From: Longimicrobiales bacterium
GTDB taxonomy: Bacteria; Gemmatimonadota; Gemmatimonadetes; Longimicrobiales; Gaopeijiaceae
NCBI GenBank assembly: GCA_965248195.1
Contig: CBDFIQ010000002.1
Location: 1,152,001 to 1,216,000 of the forward strand
Direction: 5' to 3'
DNA: 64,000 bases
This document shows, one piece after another, positions 47,731 to 58,682 of the stretch (positions are counted from its first letter, which is position 1; each line of letters begins with the position of its first letter). Below the pieces are notes generated by a model that did not search any database, was not told where the DNA came from, and saw only the letters and a program-made list of their open reading frames with translations. The position numbers were made by a program, and so were the translations under genes.

Positions 47731-49197
47731 TCAGCACTTGATAGGATGGTTCCCGGGCAGGTAGCCCATGTCGAGGTCGACGAGGGGCGCAGCATAGTCG
47801 CCGGAGAAGCAAGCGTCGCAGAAGGGACCCTGGTCGGAGACGACTGAGAGCATTCCTTCGAGGGACAGGTATCCGAGGGAATCGACCCCGAGCTCCTGTC
47901 CGATCTCCTCTGGAGTAAGTCTGGACCCGATGAGTTCCTCATGGCTGGGCATGTCGATGCCGTAAAAGCAGGGGAATCGTACCGGTGGGCTGGCGATGCG
48001 GAAGTGGACTTCTTTCGCGCCGGCTTGCCGAATGAATTTTACCAGGCTCCGGCTCGTGGTTCCACGAACGAGTGAGTCATCCACCACGATGACACGCCGA
48101 CCCTCCAGGACTTCCCGCACCGGGTTGTACTTCATCCGGGCGGCGAAGTCTCGATCGGCCTGTGAAGGCTTGATGAAGGTTCGCCCTACGTAGTGGTTTC
48201 GGAGGAGACCCAACTCAAAGGGGATCCGACTCTGCTCGCTGTATCCGAGGGCCGCCGAGTTGGCGCTGTCCGGCACCGAAACGACGGCATCGGCCTCTAT
48301 CGGGTGCTCCTCGGCGAGTCGGCGTCCGAATCCACGCCGTGCGCCGTCCACAGAGATGTTCCAGAGGTGCGAGTCCGGCCGAGCGAAGTAGACGAGCTCG
48401 AAGATGCACGGGGCGGCCGACTCGGCTTTAGAGAGCTCGGGGAGGCTGTGGAGCGTTCCGCCCTCGATCCTGAGGACCTCCCCTCGTTTGATGTCCCGCA
48501 GATACTCCGCACCGAGGATGTCCAACGCACACGTCTCGCTTGCGACCACGTGCCCCTCTTCGAGTCTGCCCAGCACGAGAGGCCGGTACCCCCGCGGGTC
48601 GCACACGGCGTACATCACATCACCCACCGTAAGGGCGAGCGAGAATGCCCCCTCCAGCTGATTGAGAGCATCGGCCACCTGTCCGTCGACGGTCTGCTCG
48701 CGAGACCGGGCGATCAGGTGAACGATCACCTCCGAATCCGACGTGGTCTGGAAGATTGCTCCCTCCTTCACGAGCCGCGTCTTGAGGTCGTGGGCGTTCG
48801 TGAGGTTGCCGTTGTGGGCCACCGCCAGGTCGCCCTCGGCGTACCGTACCACGATCGGCTGTGCATTCAATGATTGGCTTCCACCGGCGGTCGAGTAGCG
48901 TACGTGTCCTACGGCCGTGCGTCCTGGAAGGCCTTTCAAGACGTCCGCGTTGAATACTTCGGCAACCAATCCGACGGCCTTGTGAAGCCGGGCTTCGCCG
49001 TCGCTGATTGCGCAGATGCCGGCGGATTCCTGGCCCCGATGCTGAAGGGAGTACAGTGCCAGGAACGCCAGTTCCGCGGCGCCATCGATGCCGCTGAAGC
49101 CGACGACACCGCACTCTTCGTGAGGCCGGTCATCGAGTTGGGACACAGCGACATCGACGGGGCCCGGGAGTGTTTGGGGGAAGGGTTTCGAGGTCAC
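47731..49197 (-). CDS. purF: amidophosphoribosyltransferase (propeptide, Fe-S type)
   Basis: [28 protein letters not shown], Cys ligands CIFE, PCFYG, CDAC. Confidence 0.96.
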   Translation of the reverse strand: MTSKPFPQTLPGPVDVAVSQLDDRPHEECGVVGFSGIDGAAELAFLALYSLQHRGQESAGICAISDGEARLHKAVGLVAEVFNADVLKGLPGRTAVGHVRYSTAGGSQSLNAQPIVVRYAEGDLAVAHNGNLTNAHDLKTRLVKEGAIFQTTSDSEVIVHLIARSREQTVDGQVADALNQLEGAFSLALTVGDVMYAVCDPRGYRPLVLGRLEEGHVVASETCALDILGAEYLRDIKRGEVLRIEGGTLHSLPELSKAESAAPCIFELVYFARPDSHLWNISVDGARRGFGRRLAEEHPIEADAVVSVPDSANSAALGYSEQSRIPFELGLLRNHYVGRTFIKPSQADRDFAARMKYNPVREVLEGRRVIVVDDSLVRGTTSRSLVKFIRQAGAKEVHFRIASPPVRFPCFYGIDMPSHEELIGSRLTPEEIGQELGVDSLGYLSLEGMLSVVSDQGPFCDACFSGDYAAPLVDLDMGYLPGNHPIKC

Positions 49198-51494
49198 GAG
49201 GGTTCGGCTCCATCCATCAGCGTGGGGATCGCGCCGAAGTACAACTCGGCGAGGATTTCGATATCGGCCTCCAGCGACGTCGCTCGCCCGTCGATCCGGA
49301 AACCCTCTTCTGAAGGGACCACCTGTCCCACCGCGCGGGAGTGCACGCCATGGCGTTTGGCGTGACGTAAGACCTCATCCGCGGAGCGTGGGTGGCACGA
49401 GACCACCACACGGCCTTGAGCCTCACCGAAAAGGAGGGGAAGGACCGGGAGCGCGTCGTGAAGCGTGACCTGCACACCAAACGGATTTTCTCCTGCTCCA
49501 AGTGCGCTTTCGGCCAGGGCGCATGCGAAACCTCCCTCCGACACATCGTGGGCGGAGTTGAGTAGCCCGTTTTGAATCATCGCCAACACGGCGTGTTGGA
49601 GTCCTCGTTCTCCTAGGAGATCGACCGAGGGCGGCTCCCCGGTCACGAGGCCCTCCATCACATAAAGATACTCTGAGGCCCCCAATTCGTCCGTGTTGTC
49701 GCCGAGCAGGATGATCGTATCGCCTACGTTCCGAAAGGCGTGACGAGTGATGTGATCCACGTCTTCCAGGACGCCGACCATGCCGATGACTGGCGTGGGG
49801 TAGATCGCCACCCCGTCCGTCTCGTTGTAGAACGACACGTTTCCGCCGGTGACCGGGGTCTCGAACAGCTTGCAGGCCTCGGCCATGCCCAGCACGGATT
49901 CCCGGAACTGGTAGTAGATGTGGGGCTTGAGGGGATTTCCGAAGTTCAGGTTGTTCGTCACCGCGGTCGGAAGTGCGCCAACACAGACGAGATTCCTCGC
50001 CGCCTCTGCCATGGCAGCCAGCGTTCCAGAGCGGGGGTTGAGATAGACGTAACGGCCGTTGCAGTCTGTGGTCGCGGCCACCGCCCGGCGCGTACCGCGA
50101 AGGCGCACGACGCCGGCGTCAGCCCCGGGACGTACTGCGGTGGCGGTTCGCACGGTGGTGTCGTATTGGCCATAGATCCAGCGCTTGGACGCGATGTTCG
50201 GCGATGCAATCAACTTCAGAAATGCCTCCGACTGATCGGCGTCCACCTCGTTGAAGCGCGTGAGATCTGCGCACCGAAGCTCCCGGATTTCTTCGGACTC
50301 GACACCCGCCGGCTCATACGTAGGGCAGCCCTCCGTCAGGGGCAGGGAGGGGATCTCCGCCACCACACGGTCCCCCTCGCGGACGCGGAACAGGCCGTCA
50401 TCGGTGACGCGTCCGATCTCTTCGGCCTCGAGCTCCCACTTCGCGAGGATATCGCGCACCGCGTTCTCCCTCCCAGACTTCGCGACGACGAGCATGCGCT
50501 CCTGGGATTCCGACAGGAGGATTTCATAGGGGGTCATCCCGGGTTCCCGGACGGGCACGAGCTCCATGTCGATCTCCACACCGTTGCCGGCCCGGCCCGC
50601 CATCTCGGACGCGCTCGACGTGATTCCGGCCGCTCCCATGTCCTGGATGCCCGTGATATGGCCGCTCTTGATGAGCTCGAGACTGGCCTCCAACAATAGC
50701 TTCTCCGTAAAGGGGTCCCCCACCTGAACCTGCGGCCGACTGGCCTGGGAATCGTCGCTGAGTTCCTCGGAGGCAAAGGTCGCTCCATGGATTCCGTCGC
50801 GCCCCGTACGGGCACCCACCGCCATGAGTGGGTTTCCGACCCCTTCCGCCTCACCCTTGATGAGATCCTCGGCTTTCATGAGTCCGAGGCACATCGCGTT
50901 CACGATGGGATTCCCCTCATAGCCACGGTCGAAGAAGACCTCCCCGCCGATGTTCGGGATGCCTACGCAGTTTCCGTAGTCACCGACCCCTTTCACTACG
51001 CCGGAGAAGAGGTATCGAACACGTCCGCTGTCGAGATCGCCGAAGCGAAGCGAGTCCAGGATGGCGATCGGCCTGGCACCCATCGTGAACACGTCACGGA
51101 GGATGCCGCCCACCCCGGTCGCCGCACCCTGGTACGGTTCTACCGCAGACGGGTGGTTGTGTGACTCGATCTTGAACGCTAAAGCCAGACCGTCTCCGAT
51201 ATCGATCACACCCGCGTTCTCGCCGGGGCCCTGGATCACCCAGGGCGCCGTGGTAGGCAAGAGGCCGAGGAGGCGCTTGGAGTGCTTGTAGCCGCAGTGC
51301 TCTGACCACATCGCGCTGAACACGCCGAGTTCCGTGAAGGTGGGCTCCCGCCCGAGGATCTCGAGTACACGGTCGTACTCCGACGGCGACAGGCCGTGCT
51401 GATCCACCAATTCCGGTGTGATGCGAGGGTCGCCTTCTCTTGGCGCCACGCTTGATTCGGTCAGGACTCCCGTATCGTCCGGTCTATCGGTCAC
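49194..51494 (-). CDS. purL: FGAM synthase subunit PurL (small form)
   Basis: [44 protein letters not shown]. Confidence 0.97.
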   Translation of the reverse strand: MTDRPDDTGVLTESSVAPREGDPRITPELVDQHGLSPSEYDRVLEILGREPTFTELGVFSAMWSEHCGYKHSKRLLGLLPTTAPWVIQGPGENAGVIDIGDGLALAFKIESHNHPSAVEPYQGAATGVGGILRDVFTMGARPIAILDSLRFGDLDSGRVRYLFSGVVKGVGDYGNCVGIPNIGGEVFFDRGYEGNPIVNAMCLGLMKAEDLIKGEAEGVGNPLMAVGARTGRDGIHGATFASEELSDDSQASRPQVQVGDPFTEKLLLEASLELIKSGHITGIQDMGAAGITSSASEMAGRAGNGVEIDMELVPVREPGMTPYEILLSESQERMLVVAKSGRENAVRDILAKWELEAEEIGRVTDDGLFRVREGDRVVAEIPSLPLTEGCPTYEPAGVESEEIRELRCADLTRFNEVDADQSEAFLKLIASPNIASKRWIYGQYDTTVRTATAVRPGADAGVVRLRGTRRAVAATTDCNGRYVYLNPRSGTLAAMAEAARNLVCVGALPTAVTNNLNFGNPLKPHIYYQFRESVLGMAEACKLFETPVTGGNVSFYNETDGVAIYPTPVIGMVGVLEDVDHITRHAFRNVGDTIILLGDNTDELGASEYLYVMEGLVTGEPPSVDLLGERGLQHAVLAMIQNGLLNSAHDVSEGGFACALAESALGAGENPFGVQVTLHDALPVLPLLFGEAQGRVVVSCHPRSADEVLRHAKRHGVHSRAVGQVVPSEEGFRIDGRATSLEADIEILAELYFGAIPTLMDGAEPS

Positions 51495-51585
51495 GATTCA
51501 ACGAATGCATCCATGAAGGATGTTGAAGGGCTACTGTGGGCCGCCACCCGTGCAATCGCGCGGGTACCCAAGATGCCACCGGTCA

Positions 51586-52287
51586 TCACACCGTTGGGAC
51601 AGGGGAAAAGTGCGACAGGAGTGCCGTAAAGAGCCCGAGTCCGTCCACGGACCCGAGGATGGGCTCCACCGCGCGCTCAGGGTGGGGCATCATGCCCATG
51701 ACGTTGCCCGACTCATTGAGGATGCCGGCGATGGATCGGGCCGAGCCGTTCGGGTTCGCACTGTCCAGCGGTTCCCCCTCGGCGTTGGTGTAACGGAAGA
51801 GGACTCGGCCCTCGCCCTCCAGACGGTCGAGCGTTTCTTCATCGGCGTGATAATTCCCCTCGGCATGGGCGATGGGCATCCGCAGGATCTGTCCGGCTTC
51901 GTACTCCCGCGTGAAGGTCGACGATGTGTTTTCGACCCGAAGCAGGACGTCCTGGCTCGCAAAGAGAAGAGAGCGGTTTCGTAGGAGAGCCCCCGGTAGC
52001 AACCCGGATTCACAGAGCGTCTGAAAGCCGTTGCAGATGCCCACGACCGGGCCGCCGGACCCCGCGAAATCCTTCACCGCCTCCATGATCGGGCTCATGG
52101 TGGCGATCGCGCCAGCTCGGAGGTAGTCCCCATAAGAGAAGCCACCTGGTAGCATGACCACGTCGACCTCACCCAGCTCGACGTCCCGGTGCCAGCGGAA
52201 CTCGGGTGCTCCCCCGACGAGCTGAATGCACTTGTAGAGGTCGTAGTCGCAGTTGGATCCGGGGAAGGTGACGATGGCGACCTTCAT
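51586..52287 (-). CDS. purQ: FGAM synthase glutaminase subunit
   Basis: [38 protein letters not shown]. Confidence 0.96.
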   Translation of the reverse strand: MKVAIVTFPGSNCDYDLYKCIQLVGGAPEFRWHRDVELGEVDVVMLPGGFSYGDYLRAGAIATMSPIMEAVKDFAGSGGPVVGICNGFQTLCESGLLPGALLRNRSLLFASQDVLLRVENTSSTFTREYEAGQILRMPIAHAEGNYHADEETLDRLEGEGRVLFRYTNAEGEPLDSANPNGSARSIAGILNESGNVMGMMPHPERAVEPILGSVDGLGLFTALLSHFSPVPTV

Positions 52288-52559
52288 GCGGGCACCGTCT
52301 CCTCCGTGGCCTCTTGAACCTCGATCTCGAAGTCCTCCGTGACGGGGTTGGCCAGTAATCGACGGCACATCGCTTCCGCGCCCTCTCGGGCTTCCTCTTT
52401 GGAGGCGGCCTCCACGTCCAGGTAGAGGAGCTTGCCCACACGCACGTCATGGACTTGTTCGTAGTCCAAAGAGTGCAGGGCGTGTCGGATGGCCTTCCCT
52501 TCCGGGTCCAGCAGGCCTGGGCGCGGTATCACTCGGATCTCAAGGTGAAAACGACTCAC
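52284..52559 (-). CDS. purS: FGAM synthase subunit PurS
   Basis: [21 protein letters not shown]. Confidence 0.95.
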   Translation of the reverse strand: MSRFHLEIRVIPRPGLLDPEGKAIRHALHSLDYEQVHDVRVGKLLYLDVEAASKEEAREGAEAMCRRLLANPVTEDFEIEVQEATEETVPA

Positions 52560-53440
52560 GTTCCGCTCTCCACATCGTCAGTATGAATGGGGGTTATGGG
52601 GCGGCGGACTCCCTCAGGCGCCAACTCCCCGTAATCGACGGGCCGCACCTCCGCGCCCTCGTCCTCGAAGCTGTCCTCCAGAGGATCGCGGTCCGGCAGC
52701 CGTTCCAGCAGGCCGTGAATCACCGACCTGGCCAGCCCCCAGGCGGTATAGGCGAGGAACATGGGAAAGAAGTAGTAGGCGGGGAACATGATGGCCACGA
52801 GGACGTTCGCGAAGAGCCAAAGCGAGAACAGAATGCCTTTGCCGGATCTGAAACTCAGCCTCGGGACAATCGCATAGGGAACGTTGCTCAGCATCAAGGC
52901 GCCCAGCAGGATCAGCAGGATGCCCATGACGCGAGGCCAAGGCAGCACGTCCAGAAGGTAAGTCTGAAAAAAAGTGGTTTGGCTGAACGGGTAAAACGTG
53001 GCCAGGATGATGCCGGGCGTCGGCGAGGGAAGCCCGTGGAAGTGCCGCTTGGCTTCTCCCTCCTGCTCCATGTTGAAGCGGGCCAGCCGGACCACCACGG
53101 CCATCACATATACCAGCGGGAGCACCCAGCTCCAGGTCCCGTCGGAGAAATACAGTGTGTACATGATGAAGGCGGGCGCGACCCCGAAGGAGATCGCGTC
53201 CACCAGTGAGTCCAACTCTTCACCGAATGCGGATCCCGTCCGAGTGAAACGGGCGACGCGGCCGTCCAGAAGATCCGTGACGGCAGCCCACACGATGAAC
53301 CACCCGGCCCACTCGAAATCTCCCCGGGTGGCGGCCACGATTGCATAGAACCCAAAGAACAGGTTCGACATCGTGAACGCGGAGGGCAGGATGATGATGC
53401 CCTTGCGAAGCCGCTTGACGGGCCGCATTCGATCGATCAC
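52556..53440 (-). CDS. pssA: CDP-diacylglycerol--serine O-phosphatidyltransferase
   Basis: DLLDGRVAR...FGEELDSLVDAISFGVAP, RLARFN, GLPSP. Confidence 0.93.
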   Translation of the reverse strand: MIDRMRPVKRLRKGIIILPSAFTMSNLFFGFYAIVAATRGDFEWAGWFIVWAAVTDLLDGRVARFTRTGSAFGEELDSLVDAISFGVAPAFIMYTLYFSDGTWSWVLPLVYVMAVVVRLARFNMEQEGEAKRHFHGLPSPTPGIILATFYPFSQTTFFQTYLLDVLPWPRVMGILLILLGALMLSNVPYAIVPRLSFRSGKGILFSLWLFANVLVAIMFPAYYFFPMFLAYTAWGLARSVIHGLLERLPDRDPLEDSFEDEGAEVRPVDYGELAPEGVRRPITPIHTDDVESGT

Positions 53441-54111
53441 GAGGGTTCCTCCCGGTCGTCGATCAGGCCCTCGATCCGCGCCAAAACGGTGGAGCCACCG
53501 GCCACCTTGTCTCCCACCGCGCAGTCGAGGGTCCAGTCGAGTGGAATGAACAGATCCACCCTCGAACCGAACCGAATGATGCCGATGCGATCCCCACGCT
53601 CGACGTGCTCGCCCTGCTCGGGGTACGTGACGATCCGGCGCGCGAGGAGTCCGGCGATCTGGCGGACGAGCACCCGGTCGCCCCGCGCCATGAAACCCAG
53701 GGAGGACCGTTCGTTTTTCTCGCTTGCTTTCGGATGCCAGGCCACGGCGTATTCACCGGGGCGATATTCGCGATACGCCACGTCCCCTGAAACCGGCGCC
53801 CGTTGCACGTGCACGTTGAAGACGCTCAGGAAGATCGTGATGCGCCGGCACGCTCCCTCGATGAAGGAGGGCTCTTCCACCTCCCGAATGTCGATGATCT
53901 TGCCGTCGCCGGGAGAAATCACCGCGCCTTCCCCGGGAGGGAGCTCACGCTCGGGGTCCCGGAAGAAGTAGAAGACGAAGGCGGCCAAGAGGGTCGGTAG
54001 AACCGCGAGTGCGATGGTCCAGGGCCCTGAAACGGGCACTGTGACCCAGGCCAGCGCGGCAAAAAGCACGGCCCCGAGCATGAACGGATATCCCTCTCGG
54101 GCGAAGCGCAT
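53437..54111 (-). CDS. psd: phosphatidylserine decarboxylase (short type)
   Basis: FFRDPER, SPGDG, FNVHVQRAP, QIAG, FGSRVD self-cleavage motif. ATG at 54111. Confidence 0.93.
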   Translation of the reverse strand: MRFAREGYPFMLGAVLFAALAWVTVPVSGPWTIALAVLPTLLAAFVFYFFRDPERELPPGEGAVISPGDGKIIDIREVEEPSFIEGACRRITIFLSVFNVHVQRAPVSGDVAYREYRPGEYAVAWHPKASEKNERSSLGFMARGDRVLVRQIAGLLARRIVTYPEQGEHVERGDRIGIIRFGSRVDLFIPLDWTLDCAVGDKVAGGSTVLARIEGLIDDREEPS

Positions 54112-54118
54112 TCGGCCC

Positions 54119-55060
54119 TTACTCGAAGCGCGGGGGTCGAAAATCATCGAGTTCCGTTCCCGTCAAGCGTCTGAAGATCTCCAGGTACCGGTCCGTTGTT
54201 TCGCGCACAACGTGATCGGGTAGATCTGGCGGCGGTGGGGACTTGTCCCAGTCGGTCAGGCCGTCCAGAAAATCTCGAACCGGCTGTTTGTCCAGAGACG
54301 GTTGGCCCTGGCCGGGCTGGAACAGGTCCGAAGGCCAGAACCGGGAGGAGTCCGGTGTGAGGACCTCATCGATCAAAAGGAGGAGGCCGTCCGTATCGTG
54401 TCCGAACTCGAACTTGGTATCGGCGAGGATGATCCCGTGCTCCTTCGCGATCGTCGCGCCGTGCGCATAAACGGCCAGGGAGAGTTCCCGCAGACGGGTG
54501 GCCTGCTCTTTACCGAGGTGCTCCACGACGCCAGAAAAAGGAATATTCTCGTCGTGGCCCGTCTGTGCCTTGGTGGCGGGCGAGAAGATTGGAGTGGGCA
54601 GCTGCTGACTCTCGCTCAAACCCTCCGGAAGCGGTTCACCCGCAAGCGTTCCGGACGTCCGATACTCCTTCCACGCCGAACCCGATACATACCCGCGGAC
54701 CACACACTCTATCAGGACGGGTTCGGTGCGGTGAACGAGCATGCTCCGGCGGGCCCAGGCCTCCCTGGACTCTCGCAAAGATGGTACCAGATCGGCGATC
54801 TGGTCCGGGTCGGAGCTCAGGAGATGATGGTCGATCACCCCGCGTAGGGAGTCCAGCCACCACGCGGTGAGCTGCGTGAGGACCTCACCCTTGCGAGGAA
54901 TCGGCTGGGGCAGGATCACATCGAACGCGCTCACGCGATCGCTTGCAACCATGAGGAGTCGGTTGTCTCCGACGTCGTAGATGTCGCGTACCTTTCCGCG
55001 GTAGAGGAGGGGTAGGGGCACCTGTGTTTCCAGCACGGCCATGGCATCAGACTCGGACAT
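54119..55060 (-). CDS. purC: SAICAR synthetase
   Basis: GKVRDIY, SDRVSAFD, ECVVRGY, ADTKFEFG, DEVLTPDSSRFW. ATG at 55060. Confidence 0.96.
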   Translation of the reverse strand: MSESDAMAVLETQVPLPLLYRGKVRDIYDVGDNRLLMVASDRVSAFDVILPQPIPRKGEVLTQLTAWWLDSLRGVIDHHLLSSDPDQIADLVPSLRESREAWARRSMLVHRTEPVLIECVVRGYVSGSAWKEYRTSGTLAGEPLPEGLSESQQLPTPIFSPATKAQTGHDENIPFSGVVEHLGKEQATRLRELSLAVYAHGATIAKEHGIILADTKFEFGHDTDGLLLLIDEVLTPDSSRFWPSDLFQPGQGQPSLDKQPVRDFLDGLTDWDKSPPPPDLPDHVVRETTDRYLEIFRRLTGTELDDFRPPRFE

Positions 55061-56498
55061 CGGGCTCTCCAAGATGTTCGTTGGCGCCGGCTTCGAGGCG
55101 GGCCAGGATCGGCTGTACCCATTCGGCCAAGAAGCGATCCACCTGTTGGGGAGCCCGTCCGACGAATCGCGCGGCCTCGCAAAGCTCGCGCAATTGCTCC
55201 AAATCCATATCGAAGGTGTCATCGTCCGCGATGCGCTCCAACAGATCGGCTGGAGCACCCTCGTTTTTCATGCGGTCCGCAGCAGCCAGCGAATGCCGTC
55301 GGATCCGCTCATGGAGTTCCTGGCGGTTTCCTCCGGCGGTCGATGCCTGCATGAGGATCGTCTCCGTCGCCATGAACGGAAGGTGCTCCTCCAGGTTTTT
55401 CCGGATCACCTGAGGGTTCACGACGAGCCCCGAAGACACGTTCTCTACCAGGAGCAGAATTCCATCCAAAGCGAGGAAGGCGTCCGGGATCGACAGTCTC
55501 CGGTTGGCCGAGTCGTCCAGTGTGCGCTCGAGCCACTGCGTGGCAGCTGTAAAGAGAGGGTCCTGGGCCAGAACCATCACATGGCGCGCTATGGCGCAGA
55601 TGCGCTCGGCCCGCATCGGATTCCTCTTGTAAGGCATGGCCGATGAGCCGATCTGCTCCTCTTCGAACGGCTCCTCGACCTCTCTCAGGTGGGAGAGAAG
55701 GCGTAGGTCATGCCCCATTTTGGACGCGGATGAGGCCACGTTCGCGAGCGTCCCGAGAATCTGGGCGTCCACTTTTCTCGTGTAGGTCTGGCCTGTAACG
55801 CCGTATCCCTCTTCGAACCCCATGCGGTCGGCCACGGCCTCGTTCAGCGCATCCACCTTTTCGTGATCTCCCTCGAACAATTCGAGGAACGAGGCCTGTG
55901 TGCCGGTCGTACCCTGTACACCCCTGAAACGGAGTGTTTTCAGTCGAAACTCGAGCTCTTCCATGTCGAGAAGGAGGTCCTGCAACCAAAGCGTGGCCCG
56001 TTTACCAACGGTCGTGGGTTGGGCGGGCTGAAAGTGTGTGAATCCGAGTGTGGGGAGGTCACGATGTTTGGCGGCGAATTCTGCCAGGCGCGCGATACAT
56101 CGGGCCAGCCGGTCTCGAATCAGCGTGAGGGCCTCGCGATGGAGGATCAGATCTGCGTTGTCCCCGATGAACGCGCTCGTGGCGCCAAGATGGATGATGC
56201 CGCTGGCGGCGGGCGCCACCTCCCCGAAGAGGTGCACATGGGCCATCACGTCATGGCGGAACCGCTTCTCGTATTCTGCCGCCTTTGCCAGGTCGATTTC
56301 GTCGAGTCCGCTTCGCATTTCGTCGAGCGCCTGTTGCGGAATCGGCAGCCCCAACTCGTGTTGCGCCGCGGCGAGGGCCAGCCACAAACGCCTCCACGTG
56401 CCGTAGCGGTGCGCCGGTGCGAAGATGGCCTGCATCTCTCTGGAGGCGTATCGCTCCCCTAGAGGATGGCTGTAACGATCCGTGCTTTGCTCGCCCAC
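55047..56498 (-). CDS. purB: adenylosuccinate lyase
   Basis: RYAS.EM, HDVMAH, HLGATS, GFTHFQPAQ, SSAMPYKRNP. GTG start at 56498 or 56516. Confidence 0.95.
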   Translation of the reverse strand: MGEQSTDRYSHPLGERYASREMQAIFAPAHRYGTWRRLWLALAAAQHELGLPIPQQALDEMRSGLDEIDLAKAAEYEKRFRHDVMAHVHLFGEVAPAASGIIHLGATSAFIGDNADLILHREALTLIRDRLARCIARLAEFAAKHRDLPTLGFTHFQPAQPTTVGKRATLWLQDLLLDMEELEFRLKTLRFRGVQGTTGTQASFLELFEGDHEKVDALNEAVADRMGFEEGYGVTGQTYTRKVDAQILGTLANVASSASKMGHDLRLLSHLREVEEPFEEEQIGSSAMPYKRNPMRAERICAIARHVMVLAQDPLFTAATQWLERTLDDSANRRLSIPDAFLALDGILLLVENVSSGLVVNPQVIRKNLEEHLPFMATETILMQASTAGGNRQELHERIRRHSLAAADRMKNEGAPADLLERIADDDTFDMDLEQLRELCEAARFVGRAPQQVDRFLAEWVQPILARLEAGANEHLGEPDVRV

Positions 56499-56508
56499 GA
56501 GGCCTTGC

Positions 56509-57993
56509 TCAGCCACGGGGCCCCCGGAAGATGAGGCGCCGCACAATGACCTCCCCGTTCCGCTCGAGATAGACGGGGAAGCTGCCGGACGCGCCGCGCA
56601 GCACCGCTGCGGCCTCCTCCGCCGACTCGACACGCCTGCGGTCGATCTGAAGGATCACGTCTCCCGCTCGGAGGCCGATACGGCTCTCCAGGTCGCGCTC
56701 GATATTTACGATGAGGGCTCCCGTCTCATAGCTGAGGCTCCGTTCGGCGCGGATGCCCGGTGTGACGGTGATCAATTCCATCTGCTCGAGAGCAGTGACT
56801 CGATCCGCCGAGATGGATGGGAGCGCTTCCGATACGAGCGTCACTGGGTCTTGCCGTCCCTCGATTCCCAGCGCGATGGACGCACCCTCCGCGAGGTCCA
56901 GCATGAGGGACTCGAAATCGAGCAGCGTCCGCAGCGCTCTTCCGTTGGCCGTCACCACTCGGTCGCCTTGCGAGATTTCTGCGCGGGCAGCAGGTGAAGA
57001 CGGGGACACGCTCGATACGGCGACGCCATGCGTCCTGCCCCAAATATCTTCCTCACCCGCATCCACCTCGAAGCCGAGCCAAGCCCGCTTGACCTCTCCC
57101 GAAGTCAAGAGGTCGTTGGCGACCCGGATGGCCCTGTCGATCGGTATCGCGAAGCCCAGCCCTTCGCTCCCCCCGCTACGGGAGAAGATAGAACTGTTCA
57201 CACCGATGACCTCCCCAACGGAGTTCACCAGGGGCCCGCCGGAATTGCCCGGGTTGATGGACGCGTCGGTTTGGATCATCCCCAGGTATACAACCCGGTC
57301 CTCGTCGTCGGGGATGATGTGGCGCCCGGTTCCACTGATCACTCCCGCGGTCACGGACGGCTCCGAATTGGAGAAGAGGTTGCCGAAGGGATTGCCGATC
57401 GCCAAGGACCACTCTCCGATGAGCAGTCCCTCCGAAGTGCCCACGGGCGCCACAGGCAAGTCATCCCCTCTGATCCTGAGCACCGCAACGTCGGTGAGCT
57501 GGTCGGCCCCAAGCAACTCGGCCTCGAAGTCCCTGCCGTCGGGGAGCGTCACCATGATGCGCTCGCTGTCCCGAACCACGTGATCGTTCGTGAGGATCAC
57601 CCCGTCCGCACTGACGATGAACCCGGATCCCAAGCCGCGGCTGCGCCGAGCGCGAGGCATCGGGAAGGGGTCGAAAAAGGACGCCCTCGTCTGAACCTGC
57701 TCCGTGCGAATCACGTTGACGCTCACGACGGCCGGTGACACCCGGGCGGCCGCCTCGACGATGGCCGTGTTTCTGGAACCGGATATCTGGTTCGATTGGC
57801 CTCGACTCGGGGATGCTGTGGTCTGCTGGGAAGCGCCCGTACTCGGCTCGGCAAGCAGGGGAGCCGCGACCGTCTCGGAAGCAGGCCCCGAGCCTGGATC
57901 ACCGTCCGCCCGCCCGCGTCCCTCGCAAGCCCCTAGGAGGACCGCAACAACTACGACCCCAAGCAACATCGGTCTGAACTTGCGGGGACTCAT
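56509..57993 (-). CDS. HtrA/DegP-family serine protease with two PDZ domains, predicted lipoprotein
   Basis: Lipobox LGA-C, GSGF, TNDHVV, DVAVL, QTDASINPGNSGGPL, two PDZ-like regions. ATG at 57993. Confidence 0.92.
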   Translation of the reverse strand: MSPRKFRPMLLGVVVVAVLLGACEGRGRADGDPGSGPASETVAAPLLAEPSTGASQQTTASPSRGQSNQISGSRNTAIVEAAARVSPAVVSVNVIRTEQVQTRASFFDPFPMPRARRSRGLGSGFIVSADGVILTNDHVVRDSERIMVTLPDGRDFEAELLGADQLTDVAVLRIRGDDLPVAPVGTSEGLLIGEWSLAIGNPFGNLFSNSEPSVTAGVISGTGRHIIPDDEDRVVYLGMIQTDASINPGNSGGPLVNSVGEVIGVNSSIFSRSGGSEGLGFAIPIDRAIRVANDLLTSGEVKRAWLGFEVDAGEEDIWGRTHGVAVSSVSPSSPAARAEISQGDRVVTANGRALRTLLDFESLMLDLAEGASIALGIEGRQDPVTLVSEALPSISADRVTALEQMELITVTPGIRAERSLSYETGALIVNIERDLESRIGLRAGDVILQIDRRRVESAEEAAAVLRGASGSFPVYLERNGEVIVRRLIFRGPRG

Positions 57994-58025
57994 CGTCGGG
58001 TCCGCCCTGGATTTGCCATCGCCCC

Positions 58026-58682
58026 TCAGAGGTCCCTCCCGAGGGATTTCCAGTCCGCCATGAATCCGTCGAGGCCCCTGTCCGTCAAGGGATGCTTCAA
58101 CAACTGATACAGCACATTGGGGGGCAACGTGCCGCAGTCGGCTCCCATCAAGAGGGCCTGAACCATGTGTTGAGGGTGCCGGATCGAGGCCGCCAATATC
58201 TCGGTCTCGATTTCGTAGTTGTCGTAGATCCGGCGGATCTGGCTGACCAATTCCATTCCGTCCCCCCCAACATCGTCGATCCGGCCGATGAACGGGGAGA
58301 TGTACGCGGCCCCCGCCTTCGCGGCGAGGTGAGCTTGAGTGGGAGAAAAACAGAGCGTCACATTCACGCGAATGCCGTCGTTCGTGAGCGCGCTGCATGC
58401 GCGGAGTCCGGCCTCGGTGAGCGGGCACTTGATCACGATGTTGTCATGAATCTTTGCCAGGCGTCGGCCCTGCTCGATCATACCCTCGGCGTCCAACACG
58501 ACGACCTCAGCGCTGACCGGCCCGTCCACAGCCTCGCAAATGTCGAGAAACAGCTCCGCTGGATCGTGCTCTGCAGCAACCTTCGCCATGAGCGACGGGT
58601 TTGTGGTCACGCCATCGATCAGGCCCGCCTCGGCGGCGCGGCGGATCTCTGCGAGGTCTGCAGTATCTAGAAAGATTTTCAT
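58026..58682 (-). CDS. tal: transaldolase / fructose-6-phosphate aldolase (short type)
   Basis: MKIFLDTA, GVTTNPSL, NVTLCFS, SPFIGRIDD, AASIRHP, HPLTD. Confidence 0.9.
   Translation of the reverse strand: MKIFLDTADLAEIRRAAEAGLIDGVTTNPSLMAKVAAEHDPAELFLDICEAVDGPVSAEVVVLDAEGMIEQGRRLAKIHDNIVIKCPLTEAGLRACSALTNDGIRVNVTLCFSPTQAHLAAKAGAAYISPFIGRIDDVGGDGMELVSQIRRIYDNYEIETEILAASIRHPQHMVQALLMGADCGTLPPNVLYQLLKHPLTDRGLDGFMADWKSLGRDL

Noticed and set aside
51495..51585. Short hairpins between purQ and purL as a riboswitch
   Set aside because: The stems are short and the position is mid-operon. I cannot see purine or ZTP aptamer consensus; an Rfam scan would settle it.
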